DNA from: an uncultured Bdellovibrionales bacterium
Lineage (GTDB): Bacteria > Patescibacteriota > Minisyncoccia > Moranbacterales > UBA1568
Length of the DNA: 64,000 bases
Direction of reading: 5' to 3'
Assembly (NCBI GenBank): GCA_964597355.1
Contig: CAZQWS010000002.1
Span: 34,262-98,261 of the forward strand
In this document: one piece after another, positions 35,992 to 46,720 of the stretch
Layout: every line of letters starts with the position of its first letter
Numbering within the stretch: position 1 is the stretch's first letter
The notes under the pieces: generated by a model
What the model saw: only the letters and a program-made list of their open reading frames with translations
What the model was told of the DNA's origin: nothing
Databases searched by the model: none
Position numbers and translations under genes: made by a program

Positions 35992-37050
35992 ATGGCACGT
36001 TTTCTTCTCTCCCAATATTGGCGCAAAAAAATAGCAGTAGTTTTTTTAGTAGGATTTCTCTTCGTGTCAGCCCCTCAGCCAGTCTATGCTTGGGATGCAG
36101 TTGTCGCAGCTTCCTTCCATCGGATGATTGACACACTCTGGGAAGCTATTCAAGGGCTCCTCAAAGGTATCGCTAAACGCTTAGCGGTGGAACTCGCGGT
36201 GCGCAAGGCGAATGAAGTGACTGGAGATGGACACAAGAATAGTCCAACCTTTATTACGGACTATAAACAATATCTCCAACAAGCTGTCTATCAAGAAACC
36301 ATGATTGTGGCCAATGATTTTCTCACGGAAACACTGGGAGCCAAATATTCAGGACTCGTGTATACCGTCGCGAGTGGCAACCTTCAGTCTCTGGGAAGAA
36401 ATTATGTCAGTTATTTGGCAGCCGAAGCCCAGGAGGGACTCCGTAGCCAGACATGTAAGTATAATTTGGATCAATACACGGTTGATCCACTGACCTCACT
36501 GCGTAATGGCAATTGGCGCGTATTCAATGCGGTGGTGTCCAACCCTTGCAACAACGCGGCTGGGTATAGTGCTGAAGTACGAAAGTTTTTCCAAGAAGAT
36601 TTGAAAAAAAGAGCTGAACGCGCCAAGGTTAAGGCGATTGCCAACCAAGGGTTTATTGGGTCTGAAAAGAATGGAATCATCACAGCGCCGGGTGTACTGA
36701 TTAAAGATTTGACTGCCAAAGTTAACGCACTACCGTACGATTTGATTGCTCCGGCTAATGAATGGACGGAAATATTAGCCGCAGCCGCGGGAGCCTTTGC
36801 TAATACAGTGATGAGTAATCTCGTGCAACGAGGGTTTGAAAGTGTGGCAAAAAAGGTGGATCGAGAATTGGGCAATGTCGATAGGAAAGTGACGGAAGCT
36901 CGCCAAGATATAGAAAAAGAGTTGGGTCCAGGAGCGTACTTCCTCCGTGCCGCTGCTCAACAGGGCGCCTCCATAGGGAGCACAAATACTCAACAGGGAA
37001 CGGTTAACTTCCCTACCGATGGAGGGGTGTACTGTAATGGCGGTTGTTAA
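35992..37050 (+). CDS. Hypothetical secreted protein
   Basis: 352 aa; N-terminal signal/TM (KKIAVVFLVGFLFVSAPQPVYA); no family recognised; ends ...GGVYCNGGC. Confidence 0.45.
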   Translation: MARFLLSQYWRKKIAVVFLVGFLFVSAPQPVYAWDAVVAASFHRMIDTLWEAIQGLLKGIAKRLAVELAVRKANEVTGDGHKNSPTFITDYKQYLQQAVYQETMIVANDFLTETLGAKYSGLVYTVASGNLQSLGRNYVSYLAAEAQEGLRSQTCKYNLDQYTVDPLTSLRNGNWRVFNAVVSNPCNNAAGYSAEVRKFFQEDLKKRAERAKVKAIANQGFIGSEKNGIITAPGVLIKDLTAKVNALPYDLIAPANEWTEILAAAAGAFANTVMSNLVQRGFESVAKKVDRELGNVDRKVTEARQDIEKELGPGAYFLRAAAQQGASIGSTNTQQGTVNFPTDGGVYCNGGC

Positions 37051-37114
37051 GTTTGAGGAGACTATTTTAAAATAATATAAAAATACCTCACAAGAGCGAG
37101 GTATTTTTATATAG

Positions 37115-37150
37115 TGGACAATACTGGATTTGAACCAGCGACCTTCATTC
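37115..37150 (-). pseudogene. tRNA-like 3' half (T-arm + acceptor 3' strand) of an outer split tRNA-like gene
   Basis: Reverse complement GGTCGCTGGTTCAAATCCAGTATTGTCCA: T-arm CTGG-TTCAAAT-CCAG, acceptor ATTGTCC complementary to GGACAAT at 37307-37313. Confidence 0.45.
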
Positions 37151-37166
37151 AGCACCAAATGCCTTA
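37151..37166. repeat. Left arm of the perfect 16-bp inverted repeat (AGCACCAAATGCCTTA) flanking tRNA-Val(GAC); partner at 37259-37274
   Basis: Exact reverse-complement pair 108 bp apart. Confidence 0.7.
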
Positions 37167-37178
37167 ATTTCTTGAGTG

Positions 37179-37252
37179 TGGGTCTGTCCAGATTCGAACT
37201 GGAGACCTCTACAATGTCAATGTAGCGCTCTAACCAACTGAGCTACAGACCC
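37179..37252 (-). tRNA. tRNA-Val (anticodon GAC)
   Basis: Reverse complement: acceptor GGGTCTG/CAGACCC, D-arm TAGCTCAGTTGGTTAGAGC, anticodon stem CTACA/TGTAG with loop TTGACAT, T-loop AGTTCGAATCT. Confidence 0.75.
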
Positions 37253-37258
37253 AAGTTG

Positions 37259-37274
37259 TAAGGCATTTGGTGCT
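37259..37274. repeat. Right arm of the 16-bp inverted repeat (TAAGGCATTTGGTGCT)
   Basis: Exact reverse complement of 37151-37166. Confidence 0.7.
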
Positions 37275-37313
37275 GGATCAATGTGACGCTCTAACCAACT
37301 GAGCTAATTGTCC
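37275..37313 (-). pseudogene. tRNA-like 5' half (acceptor 5' strand, D-arm, anticodon-stem start) of the outer split tRNA-like gene
   Basis: Reverse complement GGACAATTAGCTCAGTTGGTTAGAGCGTCACATTGATCC, near-identical to the tRNA-Val 5' half up to the anticodon loop (TTGATCC vs TTGACAT). Confidence 0.45.
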
Positions 37314-37389
37314 TTTATGGGTGTAAGTGATAGGGCAAACTACCAGCCTTGGGCTGATCCGTTTTTGGCAAAAGCTACAAGCCCTATAT

Positions 37390-38301
37390 TTATACTGATG
37401 GTGCCCCACTAGTGTTTTTCTCTCCCTCAATGATTTTCTTGGTAGTCTCGACTATTTTGATATGAGGAGTTGCAGCGAGAGCATGGAAGAAAAGGAGACG
37501 AAGTGTTTCTGTAATGAGAGTGGCCAATCCAAAAACAATAATACCTCCCAGTGCATTGGCAGTCACTTCTAGCCAGAAGAATGGGATGAGGACACTGGTG
37601 ATAATAGCGAGGTTTAAGAAAAAAGTAAAGAGTAAGGAAAGGGCAATAAGAAAAAGTCCAAATAGTAGAGAGAAAAGGAGGTGTTTTTGAAAGAGTTTTA
37701 ACCCGAGTTCGAGAGCGAGTCGGGGTTTGATCCCTGTGAGGAGGGAATAGAGGAGGCCAAATTCTTTCATATAGAAAAAGGTGAGAGCAATCACGAGAAG
37801 AAAAATGGTTCCCATCTGAAACAAGGAAGGAATAACCATCGGATTTACTTTTGAAGCGATGAGGATGGGTGAAAAAATAATGAGCCCCAATAGGGTGAGA
37901 GCGGCCCAGTATAGTGTTTCAAAGAGAAAAGAAAGACCAGCGGCGCGGAGAAGATGTTTTTGATGCGGATGGATTTCTTTTGGTGAATCAGGGAGTGTAT
38001 TGAGGATGGTCCTTTCAATGAAAAGAAAGAGTGGGCCACGTAGAAGAACTCGGAGAATGCCGATACAAAGAAGAGCTAGTATAAGAACCATGAAAGTAGT
38101 TTGGTGTTCCAAAAAAAACGCGAAGAAGTTTTCTGGAGAGGAGAAATTGTCTTGGGGAAGGGGGGTGAGATGTTTGCTTAGCTGGAGAGAAAGGAAGCCG
38201 AGTACCCCAAAGGGAAGACCTAACCAGAGAAGCAGTTTTGACCGAAAGATAAGCCAAACTGCTTCTTCGAGGAGATTGAAGAAGGAGACGGTGGTCCGCA
38301 T
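37390..38301 (-). CDS. Hypothetical polytopic membrane protein
   Basis: 303 aa with about 7-8 hydrophobic helices; no family recognised. Confidence 0.45.
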   Translation of the reverse strand: MRTTVSFFNLLEEAVWLIFRSKLLLWLGLPFGVLGFLSLQLSKHLTPLPQDNFSSPENFFAFFLEHQTTFMVLILALLCIGILRVLLRGPLFLFIERTILNTLPDSPKEIHPHQKHLLRAAGLSFLFETLYWAALTLLGLIIFSPILIASKVNPMVIPSLFQMGTIFLLVIALTFFYMKEFGLLYSLLTGIKPRLALELGLKLFQKHLLFSLLFGLFLIALSLLFTFFLNLAIITSVLIPFFWLEVTANALGGIIVFGLATLITETLRLLFFHALAATPHIKIVETTKKIIEGEKNTSGAPSV

Positions 38302-38310
38302 AGGAGTGGA

Positions 38311-40152
38311 TTATACAGTTGTAGGAGCCGTAGGAGGTGTACCAGCCACTAGAGCGTCAAACTCTTCTTTTTCGAGTGTTTCTTTCGTAAGCAGAGTGTT
38401 GGCAATAGCGTCAAGGATTACTCGTTTTTCAGTCAAGATTTTGGTAGCTCGTTCGAAAGCCTCGCTGATAAGTTTCGAAACTTCGCTATCGATAGCTCGA
38501 GCGGTTTCTTCAGAGTAGTCGCGGTTTTCGTGCATTTCTCGACCGAGGAATACGAGCTCTTCTTTCTTCCCAAAGGTACGGGCACCAAGATTACTCATAC
38601 CATAACGAGTGACCATGCTTCTGGCCATTTGTGTGGCACGTTCTAGGTCACTTGAGGGGCCAGTGGTGAGGTCGCCAAAGACGAGTTTCTCACTGGCATA
38701 CCCGCCAAGAAATACCGCGAGTTCATCAAGGAAATAGTTCTTGGTGTGGAGAGTCTTGTCTTCGCTGGGAACGGCCAAGGTATAGCCACCGGCGTGACCA
38801 CGAGAGATGATCGAGACTTTTTGTACCGGATCAGCGTTCTCAAGACTGGCTCCGACCAAGGCATGGCCACCTTCGTGATAGGCCACCACTTTCTTCTCCT
38901 TTTCGCTAATGGCTCGGCTGCGCCGTTCTGGTCCGAGGATCACTTTTTCTATCGATTCAGCCAGTTCTTGCTGGCCAATCTTTTGTTTGTTACGGCGAGT
39001 GGCAAGAATAGCGCCTTCATTGACGAGATTGGCGAGGTCAGCTCCGGAAAAACCAGGGGTGCGTTCGGCCAAACGGCGGAGATTGACATCAGTGTCCAAG
39101 GGTTTCCCTTTGGTATGGATCTTGAGGATAGCTTCGCGTTCGTTGATATCAGGGAGGTCCATGGTAACGCGACGATCGAAGCGTCCTGGGCGAAGAAGAG
39201 CTGGATCAAGCACATCGGGCCGGTTGGTCGAAGCAATGACAATCACGCTTTGGTCGGTTTCGAAGCCGTCCATCTCGACGAGGATTTGGTTGAGTGTTTG
39301 TTCGCGCTCATCGTGTCCACCACCAAGGCCAGCACCACGATGTCGTCCGACAGCGTCGATTTCATCGATAAAGACAATTGCAGGGGCGTTTTTCTTGGCC
39401 TGTTTGAAGAGGTCGCGTACCCGACTAGCTCCGACACCAACAAACATCTCAACAAACTCTGAGCCGCTAATATTGAAAAAAGGCACGCCAGCTTCGCCAG
39501 CTACGGCCTTAGCCATAAGAGTCTTGCCGGTTCCGGGAGGTCCGAGGAGGAGTACTCCTTTGGGAATTTTGGCGCCCATAGCCAAGAACTTCTTCGGTTG
39601 ACGAAGGAACTCTACTACTTCCATGAGTTCTTGTTTGGTTTCGGCTGCTCCAGCCACATCTTTGAACGTAATACGTTTTTTCTTATCCTTGGGATCAAGC
39701 ATGCGAGCCCGACTTGAACCAAATGAAAGGGCTTGAGCATTACCACGCTGAGCCTGGCGCATCATAAACCAGATAAAAGCCGAGATGAGAATGAAGGGGA
39801 GAAGAAAAGGGAGAATAGCGGCCATCCAGAAACCAAAGCCAGATTCTTTTTTGACAGTTACTGCTACGCTACCGAGTTTGTCTTTCTCAACGCCGTAATT
39901 GGTGAGGGTTTCGGTTAGTGAACTCTCGGATTCTTTACTTGCTTTAGCCTTGCTCCCATCAGTCTTTTCGATATTGAGAGCGTTGCCTTCGACGGTAATG
40001 GTTTTAATTTTACCGGCGTGAATCTCACTGACGAGCTCAGAAAGAGAGATATCAGCTGGCTTTTTCTCAGGTGAAGAGTACAAGATCATGATGCCAGAGA
40101 GCATGAGGAACAAGAACACCACGAGCCCGATATTTTTCATGAATTTGTCCAT
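38311..40152 (-). CDS. ftsH: ATP-dependent zinc metalloprotease FtsH
   Basis: 613 aa; N-terminal TMs, AAA+ Walker [18 protein letters not shown] zinc motif. Confidence 0.95.
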   Translation of the reverse strand: MDKFMKNIGLVVFLFLMLSGIMILYSSPEKKPADISLSELVSEIHAGKIKTITVEGNALNIEKTDGSKAKASKESESSLTETLTNYGVEKDKLGSVAVTVKKESGFGFWMAAILPFLLPFILISAFIWFMMRQAQRGNAQALSFGSSRARMLDPKDKKKRITFKDVAGAAETKQELMEVVEFLRQPKKFLAMGAKIPKGVLLLGPPGTGKTLMAKAVAGEAGVPFFNISGSEFVEMFVGVGASRVRDLFKQAKKNAPAIVFIDEIDAVGRHRGAGLGGGHDEREQTLNQILVEMDGFETDQSVIVIASTNRPDVLDPALLRPGRFDRRVTMDLPDINEREAILKIHTKGKPLDTDVNLRRLAERTPGFSGADLANLVNEGAILATRRNKQKIGQQELAESIEKVILGPERRSRAISEKEKKVVAYHEGGHALVGASLENADPVQKVSIISRGHAGGYTLAVPSEDKTLHTKNYFLDELAVFLGGYASEKLVFGDLTTGPSSDLERATQMARSMVTRYGMSNLGARTFGKKEELVFLGREMHENRDYSEETARAIDSEVSKLISEAFERATKILTEKRVILDAIANTLLTKETLEKEEFDALVAGTPPTAPTTV

Positions 40153-40261
40153 AGTTTTATAGAGAATGAAGAATCAAAAGAGCGATTACTTTATTGAACT
40201 GAATGACAAAAGTAAGCTTTAGCCTACCATAAAATTGGGTCTGTATCAACTGTACCTGGCC

Positions 40262-41095
40262 CTACCGTTTTTTTGAAGAGCTGACCGTTTTCCGTCCGAG
40301 AAGAACGACTGTTTCCGAGAGGGTGGCAATAATGTTCGGGTTAAAGGTTTCGAGGAGGGGCAGGAGTTCGTGACGGATACGATTACGCGTAAATCGTTTT
40401 GAGAAGTTGCTTTTATCGATGCGAAAAGGAATATCTTCGTGTTGGATAAAAGCCTCGATTTCGGAACGAGTACAGTGAAGGATCGGTCGGACAATGTGTG
40501 AGTGCGTGCGTTGAAAGGGTGAGAGGCCGAGCGGGCCTGAACCTCGCATGAGATTAAGGAGGAACGTTTCTACTAGGTCATTCATGGTGTGACCGGTGAC
40601 GATCACATGAAATCGAAGTTCTTTGCGTACTTGCTCGAAAAGTTGGTAACGAATATCACGCAAGCTAGCTTCGATATTTTTCGTTGGTTTCTGTTTCGGA
40701 TAAAACACCGAAAGCGGTACGTCGTATGCTTCACATACTTTTTGGACGAGTAGTTCATCACGATCTGAATCGCGACCACGGAGTTCATAATTGATGTGGA
40801 CAACATGCAGAGTAAAAGCGTGTTTCTCTCGCAGTCGAGCGAGGAGTGTGAGGAGAGTCATGCTGTCTGGCCCACCTGAAACAGCCACGACGATTTTACT
40901 CCCCCGAGACAGGAGTTTCTCTTTGGCCAAAGCATTTTGAAACCGCCGAACAAAGGTAAGTCCAGCGTGAGTCTGGGCGAGCTTACGCGGCGAGATGCTT
41001 TTCGATGATTGCTTTAACTTGGGCGATTGCTTCATCGAGCTTGCCTTCTTCATTTTCGACTTGGTAGTCATAGATGCTTTTAGGGAGCCATTCAC
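40262..41095 (-). CDS. tilS: tRNA(Ile)-lysidine synthetase
   Basis: PP-loop VAVSGGPDSMTLL; conserved tilS-ftsH synteny; true start probably an internal Met (about 41035-41053), as the annotated 5' end overlaps gmk. Confidence 0.8.
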   Translation of the reverse strand: MNGSLKASMTTKSKMKKASSMKQSPKLKQSSKSISPRKLAQTHAGLTFVRRFQNALAKEKLLSRGSKIVVAVSGGPDSMTLLTLLARLREKHAFTLHVVHINYELRGRDSDRDELLVQKVCEAYDVPLSVFYPKQKPTKNIEASLRDIRYQLFEQVRKELRFHVIVTGHTMNDLVETFLLNLMRGSGPLGLSPFQRTHSHIVRPILHCTRSEIEAFIQHEDIPFRIDKSNFSKRFTRNRIRHELLPLLETFNPNIIATLSETVVLLGRKTVSSSKKR

Positions 41096-41540
41096 GGATA
41101 TGGGCTAGTCGCGCCTGCACTTCTGTTTCGGGGAGCGGCTCACGAGAACGGATACGCTTCTCGATTATCTCCAGTGGAGTGGTAATCATAATAACAACGA
41201 CTTCGGGGAAGCGCTGCTTAAGGGTGACTGCCCCCTCGAAATCAACTTTCCACACAGCGATTTTGTTTATTTTTTCGAAGCGTTCGAGTTCAGCTTTGGT
41301 TACCCCGTAATAAATTCCAGTGTACTTTTTTACATACTCTGCCAGCGCGTCGTTTTTGATCAACCCTTCAAACTCGGTCGGAGAGACGAAGTAGTACGGA
41401 TGTCCCTGACTTTCATGAGAACGCATCGGACGGCTCACGGTTGTAACGATGCGTTCAATAGGAAGAAGCTTTTGCAATCCTTCGATGACGGAATCCTGAC
41501 CAGAGCCGGATGGACCAAAAATAACAAAACAGTTTTTCAT
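40983..41540 (-). CDS. gmk: Guanylate kinase
   Basis: 185 aa; P-loop GPSGSGQ, TTVSRPMR and YYFVS motifs. Confidence 0.8.
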   Translation of the reverse strand: MKNCFVIFGPSGSGQDSVIEGLQKLLPIERIVTTVSRPMRSHESQGHPYYFVSPTEFEGLIKNDALAEYVKKYTGIYYGVTKAELERFEKINKIAVWKVDFEGAVTLKQRFPEVVVIMITTPLEIIEKRIRSREPLPETEVQARLAHIREWLPKSIYDYQVENEEGKLDEAIAQVKAIIEKHLAA

Positions 41541-41584
41541 ATTTGTTTATGAAAGTGCCCCACAAGAAGCGGAGCGTGGCACAA

Positions 41585-42712
41585 TTACTTCTTCACCGGA
41601 ATGAGGCCGAGGCGGTGTGAGCGGGGCTCGATGGAGAGAATTTTCCATTGATAGCTCTTGCCGATCTCGAATACCTCCTCCATTTTGCGAGCAGGATAAA
41701 TCTCAGAGAACTCAGAGACGTGGGCCAAGCCGTGGATGTCTTTATCGAGGTACACGAAGGCACCGAAATGGTTCATCTTGTCGACGAGACCGGATACCAG
41801 GTCGCCAACTTTGTAGCGGTCGCCGACTTTCTCCCACGGATCTTCCTTGAGGGCTTTCATCGAGAGAGAGATACGGGCTTCATCGATACCGATAATCTTG
41901 GCTTCGATCGTGTCGCCAGTCTTTACGATCTCACGTGGATCATCAATGAGTTGCCAGGCGAGCTCTGAAATGTGAACCAAACCTTCGAGCTGTTTGCCTT
42001 TGTTTTCTTCGCCGGTGAGAGCAAATTTGACGAAAGCACCGAAGTCCACTACGCCTGACACTTCACCCTTGATAACATCACCGACATGGAGAAGGTTGAC
42101 GAGAGCTTTTTCCTTTTCGCTCTGGGCGGCTTTTTCAGAAACAATGAGTTTCTCGTTTTCACGATCAGCGTCGAGGATACGAACATTGAGGTTTTCACCG
42201 ATGAGTTTCTTCAAAAGATCGAGGATTTTGTTTTTGTCGCCATCTTCGACACGAGGGTAGTGGTCACCTGAAAGCTGTGATACAGGGAGGAAACCAGAGA
42301 TACCGTTGACTTCAATGAGAAGACCGCCTTTGTTGGCATCCAAGACTTTGGTTGAAACGGGTTCCTTACTCTCGAGTTTGGCTTCGATATCTTCCCAGCT
42401 CTTGTCATGGGAGGCTTCACGGATTGAGAGCTCGATCATACCGTCTTCGTTCTCAAAGCTCATGAGGGTGGCCGTGACTTCGTCGCCGACTTTGAGTTTG
42501 CTCCCGCTACCGAGACCATCGCGCATTTCTTTGCCGAGAACAACACCGGTGCCGAGGGGTCCCAAGTCAACGAGGGCAGAGCTTGAACCGACATGGATTA
42601 CGGTACCGGGGATAACATCGCCGAGTTCTGGGATAGTCTCGAGATGACTCTCATAGAGCTTCTCGAGCTCGGTCATGTTGCTTTTGAGTTTAATTTCTGG
42701 AGTGGCTGACAT
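41585..42712 (-). CDS. rpsA: 30S ribosomal protein S1 (four S1 domains)
   Basis: 375 aa with four repeated S1 OB-fold units (GxV.G.V....FGAFV motifs). Confidence 0.85.
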   Translation of the reverse strand: MSATPEIKLKSNMTELEKLYESHLETIPELGDVIPGTVIHVGSSSALVDLGPLGTGVVLGKEMRDGLGSGSKLKVGDEVTATLMSFENEDGMIELSIREASHDKSWEDIEAKLESKEPVSTKVLDANKGGLLIEVNGISGFLPVSQLSGDHYPRVEDGDKNKILDLLKKLIGENLNVRILDADRENEKLIVSEKAAQSEKEKALVNLLHVGDVIKGEVSGVVDFGAFVKFALTGEENKGKQLEGLVHISELAWQLIDDPREIVKTGDTIEAKIIGIDEARISLSMKALKEDPWEKVGDRYKVGDLVSGLVDKMNHFGAFVYLDKDIHGLAHVSEFSEIYPARKMEEVFEIGKSYQWKILSIEPRSHRLGLIPVKK

Positions 42713-43181
42713 ATATATACATGATTGAAGTGGGGTGACTTCTGGTTAAAAAATTAAAACCCCGTACAAAATATGGGGTGCGAGAGATCAAAAGAGAAGC
42801 TTTTCAGCTTACCTACCGAGATTCAAGCATCCCGTATTCAATTGTCTTAATGAAATTTAAGGTGTTCCCAGTGTAACAGGAGAGAGGAGAAACGTCAATT
42901 CCTGCGGAAGTTCCGAGAAAAAAAACAAGCCCCGCGATGACATATCGTGCAGGGCGATCGATTCCTATAATTCCAGGCTGTCCTGGTATGGAGGACAAGA
43001 ACAAGACAGAGCGGGTCAGCTGGCATAGAGCCTCCAAAACGTCAGTAAAATCACTGACTAATTAAATTAGCATATTTTAGTATAAAGTCAATAGAAAAAT
43101 CTTAAAAATGAGCCTTGATATGAGGGGGAATCCTTGCTAAACTAGGTATATTCAACAGGTTGAGAAGATCGAATTTTTTCT

Positions 43182-43841
43182 ATGAATATCCAGTATTACG
43201 GCGATTATTGCTTTAAAATCACGACGAAGCCAAGTGGTCGGGCTACCGAAGATGTAGTGATCGTAACGGATGTACCTGAAAAAGAGACAGGATTACGTGC
43301 TCCCCAGGGGGAAGTGGACATTGTGCTGCTCTCTCACCAATCAGTAGATACCGAGAAACTCTCGGTGGTTAAGGGCGAACCAATAAAACTCTCAGTTCCT
43401 GGCGAATACTCTGCTAAAGGTATTGCGTTGCTTGGCTTTCCTAACACTCGTGATGGCAAGGATGGCGCCGAGCGTGGACTCAACACAATCTTTCTCTTTG
43501 AAACAGAAGAAATGACGCTTTGCTATCTGGGAGCGCTTGGGGTAGAGCCTGCCCCGAGTGTTATTGAGAAACTATCGGGCGTTGATATACTGTTTGTGCC
43601 GGCGAGTGGGGTAGATACGCTCTCAGTCAACAAAATGGATGAGTTGGTTCGGAAGATTGAACCAAAAGTAGTGATCCCGATGCACTATAAGATCAGTGGT
43701 ATGGCGATGAAACTGCCGGATGTGAAGGCGTTCTGTGATGCGGTGGGAAACTGCCCCAAAGAGGCTCTTTCTAAGTGGAATGTGAAAAAGAAAGATTTGG
43801 AAGGGAAAAATATGGAAGTAGTTTTGTTTGAAAAGAACTGA
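43182..43841 (+). CDS. MBL-fold (UPF0173-like) protein with degenerate metal-binding motif
   Basis: N-terminus MNIQYYGDYCFKI... resembles MBL-fold hydrolases, but the HxHxDH motif is replaced by LLSHQSVD. Confidence 0.4.
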   Translation: MNIQYYGDYCFKITTKPSGRATEDVVIVTDVPEKETGLRAPQGEVDIVLLSHQSVDTEKLSVVKGEPIKLSVPGEYSAKGIALLGFPNTRDGKDGAERGLNTIFLFETEEMTLCYLGALGVEPAPSVIEKLSGVDILFVPASGVDTLSVNKMDELVRKIEPKVVIPMHYKISGMAMKLPDVKAFCDAVGNCPKEALSKWNVKKKDLEGKNMEVVLFEKN

Positions 43842-43870
43842 TCTTTCGATATATAAAAGCCTTTATCATT

Positions 43871-44257
43871 ATGCGCTTTAATCTCGAACAATGGGTTGCC
43901 AAGGTCCAAGCTCAACCAGAGCCGATTCGTATGCGCTATCTCTTTGGTTGTGTAGCCTTTTCTATGCTCTTGGTGGTAGGAGTTTGGTCGCTTTCGGTTT
44001 CAGAAGGATTGCAGTCAATTTCTCAAGAAACGAAGAGCGCTGCCAAAGAAGTGCAGGGCTTGCTTCCTAAGACGGACGGTTTTTCTCTCGATAATCTACT
44101 CTCGGGTGACAAGAGTTTGGAAGAGCGGAAGAGAGAAGTGTCGGGAGAACTCTTTTTCCAAGAGGCGCTTGAGTCGCGAGAGACTCCAAATTTTGAAGAG
44201 GGCTTCTCACCAAAGGCAACCGGAGAAGACAGTACGACAACAGCCCCTACTCGTTAA
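43871..44257 (+). CDS. Hypothetical membrane-anchored protein
   Basis: 128 aa, single TM helix (LFGCVAFSMLLVVGVWSL); no homology recognised. Confidence 0.35.
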   Translation: MRFNLEQWVAKVQAQPEPIRMRYLFGCVAFSMLLVVGVWSLSVSEGLQSISQETKSAAKEVQGLLPKTDGFSLDNLLSGDKSLEERKREVSGELFFQEALESRETPNFEEGFSPKATGEDSTTTAPTR

Positions 44258-44269
44258 AGAAATATTTGT

Positions 44270-46720
44270 ATGGCGACCGAATCGACTTTTCATAGCGGCC
44301 GAATTGAAGCCCGCAATATAACGGATGAAGTCAAACAATCGTATCTTGATTACGCAATGTCAGTGATCGTCGGACGTGCGCTTCCGGACGTGCGCGACGG
44401 TTTGAAACCAGTACATCGGCGCATTCTATACTCTATGTGGACGAGTGGCTTGCGTTCAGGCGCCAAATTCCGTAAATCTGCGTCCGTGGTTGGAGATGTA
44501 CTTGCCAAATACCACCCTCATGGTGACACAGCCGTGTATGATACGATGGTGCGTATGGCTCAGGATTTTTCTTTGCGCTATCCTCTTATTTGGGGTCAAG
44601 GAAACTTTGGTTCGATGGACGGTGACAGTGCAGCCGCGTATCGCTATACCGAGGCCAAGCTTAAGGCGATCGCCGAAGAGATGCTCGTCGATATTGAAAA
44701 AAACACCGTAGATTTTATTCCAAACTTTGATGGTATGCACGATGAACCGATCGTCTTACCATCGAAACTTCCGAACTTGCTTTTGAACGGAACAGTCGGT
44801 ATTGCGGTTGGCATGGCTTCCAATATTCCGCCACATAACCTCAATGAAGTAGTCGATGCGATTTGCCACCAGATTGATAATCCAGAGTGTACTCTCGATG
44901 ACCTCCTTCAATGCATCAAAGGTCCAGACTTTCCAACGGGCGGGATTATTTACAATGCGCGTGATATCAAAGAAGCATATGCCACTGGTCGCGGACCAAT
45001 TGTGGCGCGCGCCAAAGCGGAGATCGTAGAAACCAAAGCTGGTACTTTCCAGATTGTCGTGTCGGAAATGACCTATGCTACCAACAAGGCAACGTTAATC
45101 GAGAAGATGGCGGACCTCGTCAAAGAAGATAAGATCCAAGGGATTCGCGATATTCGGGATGAGAGTGACAAGGATGGTGTGCGTCTGGTTATCGAACTCA
45201 AGAAAGACGCCTATCCACAAAAAGTTTTGAATAAACTGTATTCACTGACGGATCTTCAGAAGAACTTCAACGTAAACATGTTGGCGCTCGTTGACGGTGT
45301 TGATCCACAAATTCTCAACCTAAAAACGATTCTCGAACACTATATCACGCATCGCGAGAAAGTAGTGGTGCGGCGCAGTGAGTACGAACTCGAGAAAGCC
45401 AAAGATCGCGCCCATATTTTAGAGGGTTTGAAAATTGCTCTCGATCACATTGATGAGATTATCAAAACGATCAAACAGTCACCGACGAAGGAAGAGGCTC
45501 ACCACAACCTCATGAAGAAGTTCAAGCTCTCAGATCGGCAGGCGACGGCTATTCTCGAAATGCGTCTTCAGACATTGGCTGGATTGGAACGTAAGAAAAT
45601 CGAAGATGAGTTAGCTGAGAAGCTGAAGCTTATTGCCTATCTTGAAGATCTTTTGAAGCATCGCAAGAAGATTCTAACGCTTGTGAAAACAGAACTCCTG
45701 GAAGTGAAGGAAAAATTCGGTGATGAACGGAAGACTCGAGTGGTCAAGGGTGGTATCGGTGAATTTAGCCAAGAAGACCTTATTCCCAATGAAGAAGCGA
45801 TCATTACGCTCACTGATGATGGGTATATCAAACGTATGAATCCTAACACCTATCGGGTTCAAAAGCGCGGTGGGAAGGGGGTTATCGGCGCGACCACCAA
45901 AGAAGAAGACAAGATTGCCAAGATGGTAACGATTGAAACACATGATAGCCTCATGTTCTTTACTGATACTGGCAAAGTGTTTCAGGCACTCGGCTATGAT
46001 ATCCCAGAGTCGTCGCGCACGGCCAAGGGTCAAGCGATTGTAAATTTCTTGCAGCTCGCCCAAGGAGAAAAGATTACTGCGGTGATCGCTCTTGGAAAAA
46101 AGGATGAAGCCAAATTTCTCTTTATGGCGACCACTGATGGTACGGTGAAGAAAACCAAAATTGAGGATTTTGCCAATGTGCGACGCTCAGGACTTATCGC
46201 TATTACTCTTGAGAAGGGTGATACCTTGAACTGGGTACGACCAACTGTAGGCGACAGTGAAGTAATGATTACCACCGAGAAGGGTCAGGCCATTCGCTTC
46301 AAAGAAACCGATGTTCGGGCTATGGGTAGGAATGCCGCTGGTGTACGGGGGATCAAACTCGGGAGCGGGGACAAAGTAGTTGCCATGGATGTAGTGGAAA
46401 AGGGCGGAAAAGATCGTGAACTTCTTATTCTTTCGGAAAATGGTTATGGGAAGCGCAGCGACCTCAAACACTATAAACTTCAAAAGCGCAGTGGTTCAGG
46501 AATTAAAACGATGAATGTAACCCCAAAGACAGGGAAGCTCGTCGGAGCCTACATTACTCGACCCGAGGACAAAGAAGTAGATATGATTGTGACTTCAGAA
46601 AAGGGGATCATTATCCGCGTGCCATTCGCTTCGATTCCACTCCTCTCTCGTGTAACTCAGGGAGTACGGATGATGAAACCTCAATCAGGGGATCGCGTCA
46701 GCGCCTTCACGGTACTGTAA
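44270..46720 (+). CDS. gyrA: DNA gyrase subunit A
   Basis: 816 aa; [26 protein letters not shown] with active-site Tyr region; C-terminal beta-pinwheel repeats; no gyrB adjacent. Confidence 0.9.
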   Translation: MATESTFHSGRIEARNITDEVKQSYLDYAMSVIVGRALPDVRDGLKPVHRRILYSMWTSGLRSGAKFRKSASVVGDVLAKYHPHGDTAVYDTMVRMAQDFSLRYPLIWGQGNFGSMDGDSAAAYRYTEAKLKAIAEEMLVDIEKNTVDFIPNFDGMHDEPIVLPSKLPNLLLNGTVGIAVGMASNIPPHNLNEVVDAICHQIDNPECTLDDLLQCIKGPDFPTGGIIYNARDIKEAYATGRGPIVARAKAEIVETKAGTFQIVVSEMTYATNKATLIEKMADLVKEDKIQGIRDIRDESDKDGVRLVIELKKDAYPQKVLNKLYSLTDLQKNFNVNMLALVDGVDPQILNLKTILEHYITHREKVVVRRSEYELEKAKDRAHILEGLKIALDHIDEIIKTIKQSPTKEEAHHNLMKKFKLSDRQATAILEMRLQTLAGLERKKIEDELAEKLKLIAYLEDLLKHRKKILTLVKTELLEVKEKFGDERKTRVVKGGIGEFSQEDLIPNEEAIITLTDDGYIKRMNPNTYRVQKRGGKGVIGATTKEEDKIAKMVTIETHDSLMFFTDTGKVFQALGYDIPESSRTAKGQAIVNFLQLAQGEKITAVIALGKKDEAKFLFMATTDGTVKKTKIEDFANVRRSGLIAITLEKGDTLNWVRPTVGDSEVMITTEKGQAIRFKETDVRAMGRNAAGVRGIKLGSGDKVVAMDVVEKGGKDRELLILSENGYGKRSDLKHYKLQKRSGSGIKTMNVTPKTGKLVGAYITRPEDKEVDMIVTSEKGIIIRVPFASIPLLSRVTQGVRMMKPQSGDRVSAFTVL

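Noticed and set aside
38746-39601. Two long plus-strand ORFs (238 aa and 230 aa) inside ftsH
   Set aside because: Antisense to a highly conserved gene; Arg/Ser-rich low-complexity translation typical of GC-rich antisense frames.
42813-43037. 74-aa minus-strand ORF in the rpsA upstream region
   Set aside because: Lies in the divergent promoter region between rpsA and the MBL-like gene; no RBS and no homology.
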